This document shows, one piece after another, positions 39,850 through 53,695 of a DNA stretch of 64,000 nt; positions within the stretch are counted from its first letter, which is position 1, and the number at the start of each line of letters is the position of its first letter. Under the pieces are notes generated by a model. That model was not told the DNA's origin. It saw nothing but the letters and a program-made list of their open reading frames with translations, and made no database searches. The position numbers were made by a program, and so were the translations under genes. Origin of the DNA: Octopus sinensis. Lineage: Eukaryota. The stretch spans positions 25,296,001 through 25,360,000 of the forward strand of contig NC_043005.1 of NCBI RefSeq assembly GCF_006345805.1. Direction: 5' to 3'.

Positions 39850-40600
39850 GTTTTATAGTTTACTGTGGATTATTTACTATATAAAACTATATCTGAGTCA
39901 AGAATCCTTTGCTAAAGTGTTTGATAGCAATTCTACCGTGATATACGAGTCCAATAATATCGTTGTTAACTGGATAATTTAAACCGACATTAAAATACTA
40001 TCGGTAAATATCTTTGAAACATTTCTGTAGAGTTATCTTAGGTTGACTAATAGCATGCTCTACGGTTCTCTATATAATATATGCACTGCTCTTCTATGTA
40101 TTATAACACTAAGTTTCCTCATGGTACAGTATTTAGTTTATAATGTTATTCTAGGCCATCACGTGAAACTTCAAAACTGTTTAACACGGTTATGGTGAAT
40201 TAACTACAGAATAAGCAACAGTTTTTTCAAGGTAGTGTAATTTAAACAATAAAATGTACAACTGTTATATTAGGTTTATTAATGGTTATCCAATAACTTT
40301 ACTGTGTTATAGTAGATTAGCTAATGAAATGTTCAATTGGTGTGTAGCATTATCCGTAGTTAAGCCTTAAAAGGTCAGTTGTTGTAGTGTTATTCTTGGC
40401 TAACTAATGAAATGTACAATTGTTTTAAAAAGGATTCCTAGTTTATCGAATATGCTCAATTGATGTCGAGTTAAACCATAAAGAACATAACTGCTGTACA
40501 GAGTTTGTGACATTAACTAGAGACATATCCAGATGTATTGTAGTATCGTAGAGAGGCAACAGAAGCGTCCAATTTTTCTCGAGCGTTATCGCAGTTTCGC
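39850..40600. repeat. ancient degenerate ~41-bp minisatellite
   Basis: recurring CTAATGAAATGTACAATTG...TTATCCxTAGTT units (40249, 40321, 40403). Confidence 0.5.
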
Positions 40601-42894
40601 TCAAATATATAAACATTTATACAAGATTGAGCTATTTAGCCATTCTGCTTGTTTCCATATATGGAATAACCGAGAGATTTATAACTAAAAGAGTGGGTCT
40701 GAAAGAATTCCACCGAGCAGAAAAGAGATTTTAGTTTCAGAAATAAAAATAAATAAGAAAATATCAAAAAGAAAACAGAATTATTCTCAAATAGGTTAAT
40801 GGAAGTGTTATCTACAAGAACAGAATTGTACTTTTGGCATATCTGCTGTGCTCAGAAAAAAATATTCCATTCGAATGGATTTTTATTTTGGTGCACAAAG
40901 CGTTTGGCAGACGACGAACAATTGAATAGGCGACAGGAATTTATTGCTCAACGATTATGCAGTCTTAAGTCTTAACCAAACTGACAATACCTCATAAAAT
41001 CGCTGCATATCTATAATTTTTATTTTCCATGGCATTCAACGATCAGTAAAACTTTAAAGACAATTTTCACTTCCATCTTCGACGTCGATTATTAGCTGAT
41101 TTATCGGAGTTATCTACCCTACTAATTGCTTTTAGAATTCAAAAACTCATACAGAGAGATACCGCGTCCTCTCTATCGATAATCTAAGTCAAAAGGTGTT
41201 CCTGTCTCACACGTTAGACAGGAATACCTGTTGTACACGTGAAAACGTCTTCAATGTCTATTGAGTACCCTAAAAATAACTCTTCTGTAGTGTGTATTCA
41301 GATTACCATTGCCTGAAACAATCTACGTATATCTAGAGGTAGAAATGGTTATTACAATTAACATGGAAAGATCAATATGTACTTGTTGAAGTATCGTTGA
41401 CTCAGGTCAATTCGTTCGACTAAAATGCTTCAAGGCGGTGCTCTAGCATGGCCACAGTTCAATGACTGAACCAAATGAAAAATGAAAAATATAAAAATAT
41501 GGCATCACTTCAGTGTACTTGCAAAATAGCTTGCTCTTCATTTGATCCCACTTATTGCAGGAATCTTATATCGAAGATTCTTGAGATATTCATCCAAAAC
41601 TGAATTCACCATGAAGAAATTGTTACTAATAATATGTTTGTAAACGGCAATATCAATAACAGTGGAGAAAAGGAAGGACAATGTCGAAAAAATTGAAACA
41701 AAAGTTTGTTTTAAGTTGCAGAAAAAAAATTGAAACTGTAAATTGCAGTTTTCTTGGATTGTTGAACGTGATTATGACACAAGGAATTGCTATAAAATGG
41801 CTCCAGATAACCATCTGTTAGTTAAATGAATAGAATAAAAACACATTGGGGCGGATTTCATCAAGGTGGAATTATTTCGCAACAGATTAATTATACAAGT
41901 AAGCAATGTTTGCTGAATGTAAGTGAAAAGTTGATTACAGTAATTTTATTCTTAAACGTTTGTACAGTACGCAATGTAAACGAGCATATTCCAAGAATAC
42001 ACGTGTTAACACCAGATGTGACAATTCCGTTGCCTTCCAATTCTAGTGACGTGATCAGTAACCAATAAGATAAGTGTGTAAACCAATTGGGATTGCGAAG
42101 GAGTGAAACAACTGAAATGTAGTTTTAATGAAATGTTTTAGAGAAGATTATGTTTTTAAAATTCTTGCCACGAGGCTGAACATATAGAACCATTATTATT
42201 GATATGAAATCCACTGAATTGATGTGGATAGTGGTTCCCGACTCAGGCAAAGAATATATACGTAAGATTGATAGCCCAACATTTTTGCAAACAATTACCA
42301 GAGTATATGTACTCTCGACAAATGCTAAGTAGTATTATGACGATAACAGATGCGTGTTACAAAAAGTTAACAAGTGTTTAAAAAGAATATATATATATCT
42401 ATGTCACATTATCTGTTCATGTGTGCTGTTGTCTACGAAGCCGATAATAAACAGTCATGAGCACGGAAGACAGAGAGAATCAAAACAAAGATGTTTATAT
42501 TTATTCTTAACACATTCCAACAGATTTAAGAGTAAATATAATTATCGACCTGGCAGAACCTAGCAAATAATTTGTTTAACTAAATCATATAAACAAGATC
42601 CCCAATTCTTGTTAAGATTTGGAGATCAAGAGTGGTTTTGATTAAAGAAACTCAGCAATGTCGAAAGAAAAGAAGGTCCACAGCTTCCTTATGTCATTGA
42701 ATCGTGTATGCTCAAGAGAAATTACTACAATGCTCACGTTCAAATCTGTCAGAACTCGTTAATAATAATATACCAATTAGATAGAAACAAAACAGAACCC
42801 AAGATTCCATTCAATGTGGTCCTCGTGGGTAACAGACATACGTATTGATCTAAAAGTAAAGGTATTTAAGTTGGTAAATACATCTAAGATGAGG

Positions 42895-42933
42895 TTTTGA
42901 CATTTCGGACATAAGTCCTTCGTCGGGGAAAAG
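42895..42933 (-). ncRNA. degenerate minimal hammerhead motif
   Basis: minus strand TTTTCC-CCGACGA-A-GGAC ttat GTCC-GAAA-TG-TC-AAAA; U4C substitution, weak stem I. Confidence 0.5.
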
Positions 42934-43559
42934 AGAAAAGACGCATACTCTTGCAGTGTTTTACAGTATGGTTTAATAACTGTTCACTTTTCTATTGAAT
43001 GCCTCTACTCAAAACGCCAGATTTCAGTCGTTCCTCTCAGAAAACCAACACATTCTACTCTGTGAACTTTTGATACAGAAGTGATTGAACAAATAGATGG
43101 TTCAAGTCTTATTGGAATTACAAAGATAGATTGCATATAGTAAATGAATGAAGAACTAAACAGAGAAAGGTCGACAAGTATGAAAATGAAATTGCGAATA
43201 CTGTTTGATTGAAACTGCTGTTAAAACATTCGATGCTGATGGGCGAAACTGGTTGTTCATTGTTTTTTCTTTCATATTCTCATATATCAGATTGTTTGGA
43301 AAAACAGTTAAGAAAAACAGTTATGAACAAAATAAAACAGAAAGATTTCAGTCATATGGAGTGCTGGCTTATCTTCCAATTATGCAACCTTCTTTTTCCT
43401 CGTATTTTTCTTTGCATAGTTTCAAGGAAATATGATACAAATGTTTCATTTAATATGCAACAATCACTAAGTCTATGGAAGAAACAGAATCAGACGCATA
43501 AATGGCAATTATTTTCTTGTTCTCATTTTAAGACAGCAATTTACGAATTAACTGGACAA

Positions 43560-44720
43560 TGTTGTCTCTCTCCGTCTTTCATAATCTCTTTCCATCTTTC
43601 ACTCTCTTTCCATCCTTACCGCCTTCCTCAATATCTCTCTATCTTCTTTAGTGAGCCACCTCTGTCTATCCCCCTTTTCTACGTTACTGCATTTCCTCCT
43701 TTCTTTCATACCACATCCTCATTCCTCTCCCCCATTTCTCTCGACCCCTCTTTGCTAACTCAGTCCCTCTTCAATTCACCACTCCTGCTTCACTATCTCT
43801 TTTTAACACCCAACTCCCTCTTTACTTTATCACCACCTCTCTCTCTACTATGTCACACTACTCTCTTTCTTTTAACGCTTCTACCTGTCTCTCCTACGCT
43901 CTTTCTCTCTAAATTTCTCACTCTTTACCTATTTCCAACTTACCCTCTATCAACCCCCACACTCTTTCTCTTTTCTTGATAACTTATAATTCATTCACAT
44001 TTCGCTCTTTCTCTTTCTGTTTTTCTCATATTTCTTTCACAATTTCTTTCATTTCATCATTTCTTCAAAATGCATTTCTTCATTAAAGAATTCTCTTCCT
44101 AATCTCATCGCATCTTTCTGTCTCTTTTCCTTCCCTCCTTCTATCGGTAATTTTCTTCTTTACACATTTGGCTTTTTTCTTCGATCTTTCGCTGTTCCAA
44201 CCTTCTCAACTTCCACTTCCTTTCCTTCAGTTCCTTAGTCATTTACAAATACTATTTCCATTTCTCTCTCCTTTTCTTTCTCCCTTTTCCCTATCTCTCT
44301 CTCTCTCTCACTCTTTCTTGCAGTTGCTATCCTTCACCATTCTCTCTTTCGCACCACATCTCTCCATTCCTTAATTTTCTTCCTCCAATCATCCCTCCTT
44401 TTCTCTTTACCCAAAACTCTCTCTCTCTCTCTCTCTCTCAATCATTCAAACTCTCCAGTTCATTCTCTAACTGACTTTCTCTATCACTCTCTCACACTTA
44501 TTCCGATCTCATTCCCTCACTCATATTCCTTCTTACCCTCGACCTATTTCATTTCTTCTGACAGCCAGTCACCATTCCTTTCTCACACACACACTCTCTC
44601 TCTCTCTACTATCTCTCCCTGCCTTTCCCTCTCACTATATTTTCGCCTCTTTATTTCGTTTTCTCTCTCCCTCTCCCCCAATCTCTCTCTCTTACAACAT
44701 TCCATTTCCCATAGTCCTTA
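43560..44720. repeat. 1.2-kb polypyrimidine (CT-rich) low-complexity tract
   Basis: strong C/T strand bias; explains the C-terminal half of ORF 43209-43979. Confidence 0.85.
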
Positions 44721-45052
44721 GGCTGCACTTTGTATCGTAAAACAATCGAGGACTTCAATATTTATCAATGCAAAATTTAACACTAAATTAACGAATAAAG
44801 AAAAACGAAAACAGCAAATACTGAAGTTGTAATAATTAAAAAATAAGACAAAAGGAAACCCAAACAAAATAAGCGATTAAATTTAATTCAAAATTTATGA
44901 AATCCATCCTTTGCTGAAATTCAACAATATTTTCTTTCCCCATTAATCCTTTTGAATATTTGCATCAATTTTATCATTGTGCAATAATGTTCTATCTTCT
45001 CTTTCAATGTTTTCCTCTTCTCCTCTCCCATTCTCTAGTTCAATCCTCTCTA

Positions 45053-45464
<412 letters not shown>

Positions 45465-45493
45465 AATATATATATATATATATATATATTATA

Positions 45494-45594
<101 letters not shown>

Positions 45595-45620
45595 ATATAT
45601 TATATATATATATATGTGTG

Positions 45621-45696
<76 letters not shown>

Positions 45697-45698
<2 letters not shown>

Positions 45699-45906
45699 TT
45701 TATTGCCCACAGGGGGCTAGACACAGAGGGGACAAACAAAGAGATTAGTCGATTACATCGATCTCAGTGCGTAACTGGTACTTATTTAATCGACCCTGAA
45801 AGGATGAACGGGTAGGTCGACCTCAGCGGTATTAGAACTCAGAACGTAACGGCAGACGAAATAACGCTGAGCATTTCGCCCGGCGTGCTAACGATTCTGC
45901 CAGCTC
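45697..45906 (-). mobile_element. SINE family 2
   Basis: reverse complement of 14637-14870. Confidence 0.9.
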
Positions 45907-46182
45907 GTACGCACTATTACATATATATGTTTGTGTGTCTCTGTTTGTCCCCCACTATTCTATATAGAGTCGTAATGTACTTTAGCCTGTAATAGTAATT
46001 TTTACATCATCTGCTTGAATAGTATGGTTCGACTAAACATTGGTTTTTTAAAAATTATCGACCTTTGAAATCTATTTCTCTCTTTCTTAATTTTACACAC
46101 ACACACACGAACATATATATATAAGCAAAAATGCTAGTTCAACATCTCTCTAATAGATCAACGCAGTAGTTGTACTGGCATG

Positions 46183-46594
46183 TAATATTCGTAGTTACTT
46201 TAATATAGCTGTCCGATCGAACAGACGACTCTACTGCGACTTTTTTTAACCCCAAGAGGACATCTCCTCCAGCTGGTGAACGATACACAGCTGCATCGGA
46301 TAATTTGCGCGAACCACTACCATCTCCTAGCGACGGGACCAGCAGACCAGTTCTGGTTTCAGGCTCTTTCTACCACTCCTCAGTGACAGTGGAAACGGCA
46401 GAAATAGCCCGAAACCTGAACTGGTCCACTGGTTCCGTCGCTAGAAGATAGTAAGGGGTCACTCCTCTGCTTGCATTTTATCAGTTACAGCTGTGCATCG
46501 TTAACCAGCTAGAGGAGATATCTTCTTGGTATTAAACAATCGCAGTAGAGTCCGCTCGAATGGTGCAACCATGTTAAAGTGGCTACGAATATTA
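46183..46594. mobile_element. palindromic MITE-like element (~410 bp)
   Basis: TAATATTCGTAG...CTACGAATATTA with ~190-bp imperfect arms, TA ends. Confidence 0.85.
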
Positions 46595-46599
46595 TATAT

Positions 46600-47054
46600 A
46601 TCTTACTCGGATTCTCAGAAATTTCGCATGACTGTATCCAAAATTTCTTCACATAACTTGATTAACAATTCACTATGAGCTATATATGGACATGCACAAA
46701 TTCTGTAAGTTCAAGACCTTTCATCGGATCTCCCGGAATCGAACTTTCTTCAATGCAGTTAAACTCACACCCTCATTTGTATCTACCCCTTTTGATGTTT
46801 GGGAATCTCTGATGTTTTTTCGGCTGACGAGTACGAGCCATCTATATTTACTGCATTTTTTGTAGCTTATTAAAGATGTCCTCGTACGAAACAATTGTAC
46901 CGATATTTTAATCCATTCTTGTTGCTTTTTTCCTATTTGTAATCACCCCACTTGTCGTATGGTTAACACCATATAGATTTCCGGTGCATCCTAGTTAAGG
47001 ACCATATTCATGTGAATTCATTAGAATTCACTTGAATCTCAATTACTTAAACCG
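46600..47054 (+). mobile_element. family C PLE pLTR-like element with an intact HHR, ending in (TA)n
   Basis: HHR 46820-46903; tail shared with 20631-20783 and more distantly 52110-52225; 5' boundary approximate. Confidence 0.8.
46820..46903 (+). ncRNA. type I hammerhead ribozyme (family C), intact core
   Basis: TCGG-CTGACGA-GTACGAG...CTCGTAC-GAAA-CAATTG-TA-CCGA; all core nucleotides canonical, GUA cleavage after 46899. Confidence 0.9.
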
Positions 47055-47074
47055 TATATATATATATATATAAA

Positions 47075-47445
47075 TCTTCAACTTGTGGTGCATTGACCTC
47101 AATTTCCGGAATTATGAGAATGTAATATTCGAATGCACCAACATTGATTTTTGCTATGATTAAACTCTCGTGCATTTCTTCTATGGTCATCAACGTTCCA
47201 TTGCAAAGGCTTCGAGGATCAAAGTTTGTGTTATTTCTTCTTAGTTTGACATTCTGGTAACGTGCATTTATATTTCTTCTTTCAGTCTCTCCAGCTCTCC
47301 CTCTTTGTTTTCTGACTTCTGTTATCCAGGAGTCGGACTGCCGTCATCCGTCATCTGTTTCCTGCTGTCCACTTGCGCTTGTCGCTTCCCGATAGCATTT
47401 GGCATCATCGCTTGACTTTGACGATTCGCTTCTCTTTCCATGTGA
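47075..47445 (-). pseudogene. Helitron RepHel remnant (Pif1 helicase segment)
   Basis: minus strand NFDPRSLCNGTLMTIEEMHESLIIAKINVGAFEYYILIIPEI, matching the LCNGT...IPRI motif. Confidence 0.75.
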
Positions 47446-47658
47446 TATAATCGATCAGTGTTTTTTTTGTGTATGCAATAATGCTTTAGGAAGCACAAGA
47501 CAAATCAGCAACACGACAAAAAAGTCATGAGAATGAATTGGCATAATGAAAACTTGAAGAGTAAAGTCAAATGATGGTTGGAAAACATGAAATGATATAT
47601 AATTTACGCAAAATGATGTATCTGTGTGTGTGTTTGTTTGTGTTTGTGTGTGTTTGTT

Positions 47659-47717
<59 letters not shown>

Positions 47718-48183
47718 TAAATAAAGACAAAGACAAAAAAGACAGCGTGTTTGTGTGTGTGAGAATGTGCGTGTATGCAAGAATGTGTGTATGCGTGTGT
47801 GTGCGTGCATGCTTTATGTGTGTGCTATATGTGTTTGTGTGAGAGAGGCGGTGAGACAGTGTGTGTATCATATGTGAGAGGGTGTGTATGGGGAAGGGTT
47901 AAAAATTCTATAGAAACAATAACAACATTTGGAGCTTGTTAAATTTTTTCCAACCACTTCAAGTTTTTTAAAATCTTCACCGGGTTATTTTCTAGAAATT
48001 AATAATAAAAAAAAAGTTAGAACCATTTCAATTTATTTGAAAGACGCGTTGAGTGTCATGACTGTCCCCGTGGGAACAACACGCTCGAAACCTTTAAACA
48101 ATCTCTTGACTTGCTAGAAATATTAACTAAATCTTCCTCAAATTACTCTATACAAAAGTGGGATGTAAAGCTCATAGGCGGAC

Positions 48184-49035
48184 TATGAAGGAGTGATGCT
48201 AGAGCTGTGCAATCTTGTAGGCATTAATTTCAACTGTTCTTATTAGTGATAGCGTTGCCTCTTTCCACGTAAACTGACATCTGACGGTTCAAAGAAGACT
48301 TCACAAGGAACTAATGTCAACGTCTCTTGAAAATGAATACGATTTGGAACTGTGGTGTTATCAAACACCTGCAGAAAAAGGGTTTTGGCCCCAACGACAT
48401 TCATGCTGACATGGTTGTTACATTAGCGAATGATGTTCCAGCTTTATCAATTATACAAAAGTGAGCAGCTGAATTTATGAGGTGAACAGAGAGGCTTGGA
48501 GATGATCCAAAAGTTTGGACGCCTTGCAACTGCTACTACCGAGGGAAACGGTGATCATGTTCACCAAATGTTGATGGATGACGAGTGACTGACTATAAAT
48601 CAAATAGCTAATGCTATTAATATATCTCATGAGAGAGTTGAGAATGCGCTGCATAATGACGTTGACACAACGTAGGTTTCTGCGAGGTGAGTGACACGTC
48701 TTTTGATACTTGATCAAAAACGCACCAGAATGATGCACCAGAATGATGCAACAGAATAATCACATCACAGGGAAATCTGATACTGCTTGAAGCAGATCGA
48801 GATGGTTTTCTTGAAAGCTTTCTATGCTAGGATGAGTTTTGGGTTTATCACTTTGAGCCAGAGATAAAGAAACAATCCATGCAGTGGAGAGACCCGTCAT
48901 CATCTGCTTCAAAGCTTGCCAAGGACGTCTCACCTGCAGGGGTGATAGCCTCAGATTTTTGGGGGATGGAAAAATACATCTTCAAATGGGCCAGACCGTC
49001 AACGGAGAATATTATGCCAAATTGTTGAGGCAGTT
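48184..49035 (+). pseudogene. mariner transposase pseudogene, 3'-truncated
   Basis: ATG at 48332: VIKHLQKKG, DIHADMV, LTINQIANAINISHERVE, *VTRLL (WVPR), DEFWVYHFEPEIKKQSMQW, GQTVNGEYYAKLL. Confidence 0.9.
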
Positions 49036-49090
49036 ACCGTTCATTTCCTTCCTTGAGGCAATTCCCTTCTTGAATATTATGTATAACATA

Positions 49091-49254
49091 GGCGTAGCAG
49101 TGGCTGTGTGGTAAGTATCTTACTAACGAACCACATGGTTCCAGGTTCAGTCCCACCGCGTCGCATCTTGGGCAAGTATCTTCTACTATAGCCTCGGGCC
49201 GACCAAGGCCTTGTGAGTGGGTTTGGTAGACGGAAACTGAAAGATGCCCATCGT

Positions 49255-49304
<50 letters not shown>

Positions 49305-49520
49305 GTGTGTGTATATTTTTGTGTGTCTGTGTTTGTCCTCCACCCCAACATCACTTGACAACCGATGCTGGTGTGTTTACGTCCCCGTCAATTAGCGATT
49401 CGGCAAAAGAAACCGATAGAATATGTACTAGGCTTACAAAGAATAAGTCCTGGGGCTGATTTGCTCGACTAAAGTCGGTGCTCCAGCATGGCCACAGTCA
49501 AATGGCTGAAACAAGTAAAA
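49091..49520 (+). mobile_element. SINE family 1, full length
   Basis: A/B boxes TGGCTGTGTGG, GGTTCAGTCCC; internal (TA)/(TG); shared tail. Confidence 0.9.
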
Positions 49521-50315
49521 CAGTAACATTTCAATTATAGTCAATTTCCACAGATCTAAACTTTTATCGAACTCACAACTTTTAAAACACTTCCCGGGCA
49601 CCGCTGATCGATATTGAATATACTTCCTCTTTTCTTATGGCAAAATGTAAACAAAGCTTCAAATAAAAGGTGGGGAGAACTGATTAGATACCAATGTTGT
49701 TATTGTATGAAACGCCGTGTTCATGACGGCGATGGTAATGGCAATGGTATTCATTGTATTTTTTCATCATCTCCAAACTCTGTATAACATTTAATATCGA
49801 TCTGTGGGGACCATTAAGTGTTTGAATGTTTGTGATATCGATAAAATTTTACATCCATGGAGACTGACTTTAATTTAAATGTTACTGATAACACGAAGCA
49901 AACTGAAATCACTTGGGCCAGCCTCAAGCGAGTAAATAAATAAGTGCTGTGGTGCGATACGTTATCCGTTTTTGTGTTTTAGACGTTATGCTGTATTTCA
50001 AGGAAGATTTGCCTGCTATTTCTAGTAGATTGTAGGGGGTCCGCTGTGCTAGTCGCCTGGAGTGTCACGACATACTAAAATTCCATAATTTTAAATGCCT
50101 GTAACTTTAATTAATTTCTAGCCAAAATGAATGTAATTTTCGTCATCAGTATACAAAACTACATCAGAACTATATTTTTGGAAAATAACAATAAAAAACA
50201 AAAGACAAAAACAAACGAAACTTGAATCTTATGCAAATATTCTACTTGAATATTTTAAAGACTTTTGGACTTGATAAGAAATTCAAAAATATGAATTAAT
50301 GTGTAACTATTAAGA

Positions 50316-50532
50316 ATATTTTATTGTGTCTGGGGAGAGTCATTCTCTTTTAGTGCTTTATTACTTGACACAATCACCGGTTCGAATTCTACTTATTTCC
50401 TTATTTGATATTTCTAAAAAAATTTTCGTTGCGGCTTGCAGCGAAATGTAAATGAGCGGAAATCGAACCGGTGGGTGTGTTAAGTAATAAGGTACAAAAA
50501 GAGAATGGCTCGCCCCAGATACAATGAAATAT
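50316..50532. mobile_element. fold-back element (~75-bp imperfect inverted arms)
   Basis: ATTGTGTCTGGGGAGAGTCATTCTC...CACCGGTTCGA / TCGAACCGGTG...GAGAATGGCTCGCCCCAGATACAAT. Confidence 0.8.
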
Positions 50533-50722
50533 GCTTCAACATACGAATTCACATAAAGAATCTTGCAAACCAAATACAAAAACGAAATAAAAATTAAAAA
50601 TATATTTACGATATGCATATTATCTTTGAAGTCAAAAGAAATGATCGTAAAAAGCCGTTGGTATCTGCAAGAACGGACCCTTTGTGCGCAAGACAGAAAG
50701 AAAATCTACATGTGTGCGTGTG

Positions 50723-50758
<36 letters not shown>

Positions 50759-50779
50759 GGAGAGACAGAGAGGAAGAGA

Positions 50780-50821
<42 letters not shown>

Positions 50822-51009
50822 ATTTCTGCGTGAGAGAAACAGAGACCACGTGCGAGAGATTGTGTGTTTTTGTATGTATGCCAAAAAGATGGTGTGTATG
50901 TGTGCTAAGACACCATGATAGTTTTTCACTTATGTGTGTGTGTGTGTGTGTGTGTGTATGAAAACAGGGAGAGAGAGAAGAGATGTCAGATGTCCAAATG
51001 ATCATACAG

Positions 51010-51312
51010 CAATGTGAAATGAAGTGTCTTGCTCAAGAACACAACGCAACGCCCGGCCTGGAAACCGAACCTCCGATCTCGCAATCGTGATTGCAACACC
51101 TCAACCACTGAACACATCTTATTATATATATATATATATATGCATATACGACGGTCTTCTTTTCAGTTCCCGTCTTCCAGATCAACTCCCAATGCGCTAA
51201 CCGGCCCCAAGCTATAATAGAAGACATTTGCCCGAGGGCCCACAAAGTGGAACGGAGTTCTGATCCACGTAGATTGGAATCAGGCTTCTTACCACGCAGC
51301 CACAATGCGCCT
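51010..51312 (-). mobile_element. two SINE heads (51010-51115 family 4-like; 51150-51312 family 1)
   Basis: GTGTCTTGCTCAAGAACACAAC; GCTTCTTACCACGCAGCCAC...GCGCC. Confidence 0.7.
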
Positions 51313-51348
51313 ATATGTATGTATGTATATATATATATATATATATCT

Positions 51349-51390
<42 letters not shown>

Positions 51391-52025
51391 ATATTTATAT
51401 ACGTATGTATATATGTATTTGTATATCTACATTCACATATATGCATGCTTCTATATACGCAAGTAGCTGTTTGCGTCTTGTTAGTATTTACATATATGCA
51501 TATATATAAGTGTGCGTGTATGTGTGTCTTCGTGTGTGTATATGTGTGTGTCTGTCTGTGTGTATGTGTATGAGAGTGTGTTTGTGTGTGTATATGTGTA
51601 TTTTTGCGTACTTGATGACTCTGCCGTTGCTCCAATTACATTAAATAGAAAAAGCGAAAGAGTTGTGAACGATAAGAGCAACAAGTACATCTCCTCAAAT
51701 AGTACAAACTGACGCAAGATAAGCAGCAGAAGCAGCGGCAGCAGCAACTACTTCTAAAACCATACAAAATTGCACACCAGAAAAGCTAAAAAAATAAATC
51801 AGAAACGCTGCTTCCATAATCATATTTCTAGAAAATTTAATTGATGATTCTTCACATCTTATTTACATATTTTTCTTCTCAGATTCTCACGCTATTAGTT
51901 TCTCTCATCACCTCCCCTGTGATTCAAATGTATGTATTATGTATGCATGTACGTACGTATATATATATATATATATATAAATAAGTATAAAAATGTACAT
52001 TGTCCGTTTTATTATAAAATTCTAT

Positions 52026-52115
52026 GTATGGCTGAAGATTGTTCGACATTTTAAAACTGATGCAATACTTACAGTGTTTAATAAAATGAAGTAGCATGAA
52101 ACGATTGTACTACAC
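52026..52115 (+). ncRNA. hammerhead motif (family C-related) with tail to (TA)n at 52226
   Basis: GTATGG-CTGAAGA-TTGTT...AGCAT-GAAA-CGATTG-TA-CTACAC; tail similar to 46904-47010. Confidence 0.65.
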
Positions 52116-52223
52116 TACCTTGGATATCCTTGTTGCTTATTTTGATTATAATCACCCCATTCGATTTATATAGATAATACCATACAAAATTCTGGTGCCT
52201 TTAACTTAAGTACCATTTTCATA

Positions 52224-52265
<42 letters not shown>

Positions 52266-52307
52266 AAATTAAAGACGGAAGATGGAATATATGAGAATTT
52301 ATTGTTA

Positions 52308-52413
52308 ATCACGACAATTGTTTCCACACATATAGCATCAATCCCTCATGGGTGGCAAACTCATCAACAGGTTCAGGAGCATCCGGTGGTGCAGATGTAT
52401 CTCGTCGGATGAT
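52308..52413 (-). ncRNA. degenerate hammerhead motif
   Basis: minus strand ATCAT-CCGACGA-GATACAT...ATGTGTG-GAAA-CAATTG-TC-GTGAT; two core-adjacent substitutions. Confidence 0.6.
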
Positions 52414-52879
52414 AAATAAATACAATACGTTAAAATAACAGTTCCGCAACGTAACTTCCCGTTTTGTAGAAAGAGCAGCAGCCAGACGGAGGAAATATCT
52501 TCATTTATATAGAAGTTCAAAAATAAAATTGGAGATGACAAAAAGAGAAACGAACAGGCACTCCGGTGGGAAAAGTATTAAGAATCTTTTTAAATATCTG
52601 TTAACAAATATGGATGCGCGTGTGTGTGCATGTGTGTGTGAAGGAATACGGCCTAGTACTTACGGAGTTGCACTAAGAATCGTGAGTTCGTCCTTTCAAT
52701 TCTTGGACCATGTTGAGTGCTGTGTCCTCAACTGAAATATTTCATTCATATCACTATGTGTTTCATTCACTTCGACACCTGTCATGTGCACCTTTTAGGG
52801 CAACGTCGACTCGACGGAGGGAACGACATTAATATACATCACAAACATATTATCAATGACAGATGTATCTGTTATATAC

Positions 52880-52951
<72 letters not shown>

Positions 52952-53005
52952 GTGTGTGTGTGTGTTTGTGTGTAATGTAATATATATATATATATATATA
53001 TATAT

Positions 53006-53290
53006 AGGGAGAGTTTACGAAAAAAACAAAAGACGAAGAAAAGTGGTGTACAAAACAAACAGATGTATTAGTATAACACTCAGGAATAGAAAAAGTATTT
53101 TACGTTTCGAGCCTACGCTCTTCTACAGAAAGGGACACAAAAAAAAAACAAGGAGAGAAGCAAGTAGAGAAAAAAATGTGTGTAGTGGGTAACGATCTAT
53201 CATGGCGACTGACTTCGGACAGAAGGGTCACACACGAGGGCGAAGTAGGGGAAATAACAAAGTAAAGATGATCCCCAACACGAAGGTGCA
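53006..53290 (-). mobile_element. family D element with variant HHR (~53098-53132)
   Basis: minus strand CTTT-CTGTAGA-A-GAGC gtag GCTC-GAAA-CG-TA-AAAT; 3' end in (TA)n. Confidence 0.75.
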
Positions 53291-53561
53291 TGTGTGTATA
53301 AGAGAGTATGTATGTGCGTGTGAAAGAGGGCTGGTGGTCTGGACATGTGTGTGTCTGTATGTGTAGGTGTGAAAATGTGGGGATGGGAATTGGTCAGTGC
53401 TGGTGTGCGGGTGGTGTGTTGTAATGTGATGTGTAATGCTGTATGGTGTAGTGTGGTGTAGTGTGATGTTGGGAGGTGGGGGAGGCGAGAGTGGGGAAAG
53501 CACGGGTCATATATATATATATATATATAAATGTATGTATTATGTATGCATGCACGTACGT

Positions 53562-53599
<38 letters not shown>

Positions 53600-53662
53600 G
53601 AATTTATATATGCATACATACATAAATACATACATACATACATACATACATACATACATACA

Positions 53663-53695
<33 letters not shown>

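Noticed and set aside
43209-43979. longest ORF (256 aa)
   Set aside because: Stays open because it runs into the CT-rich tract; no recognisable domain
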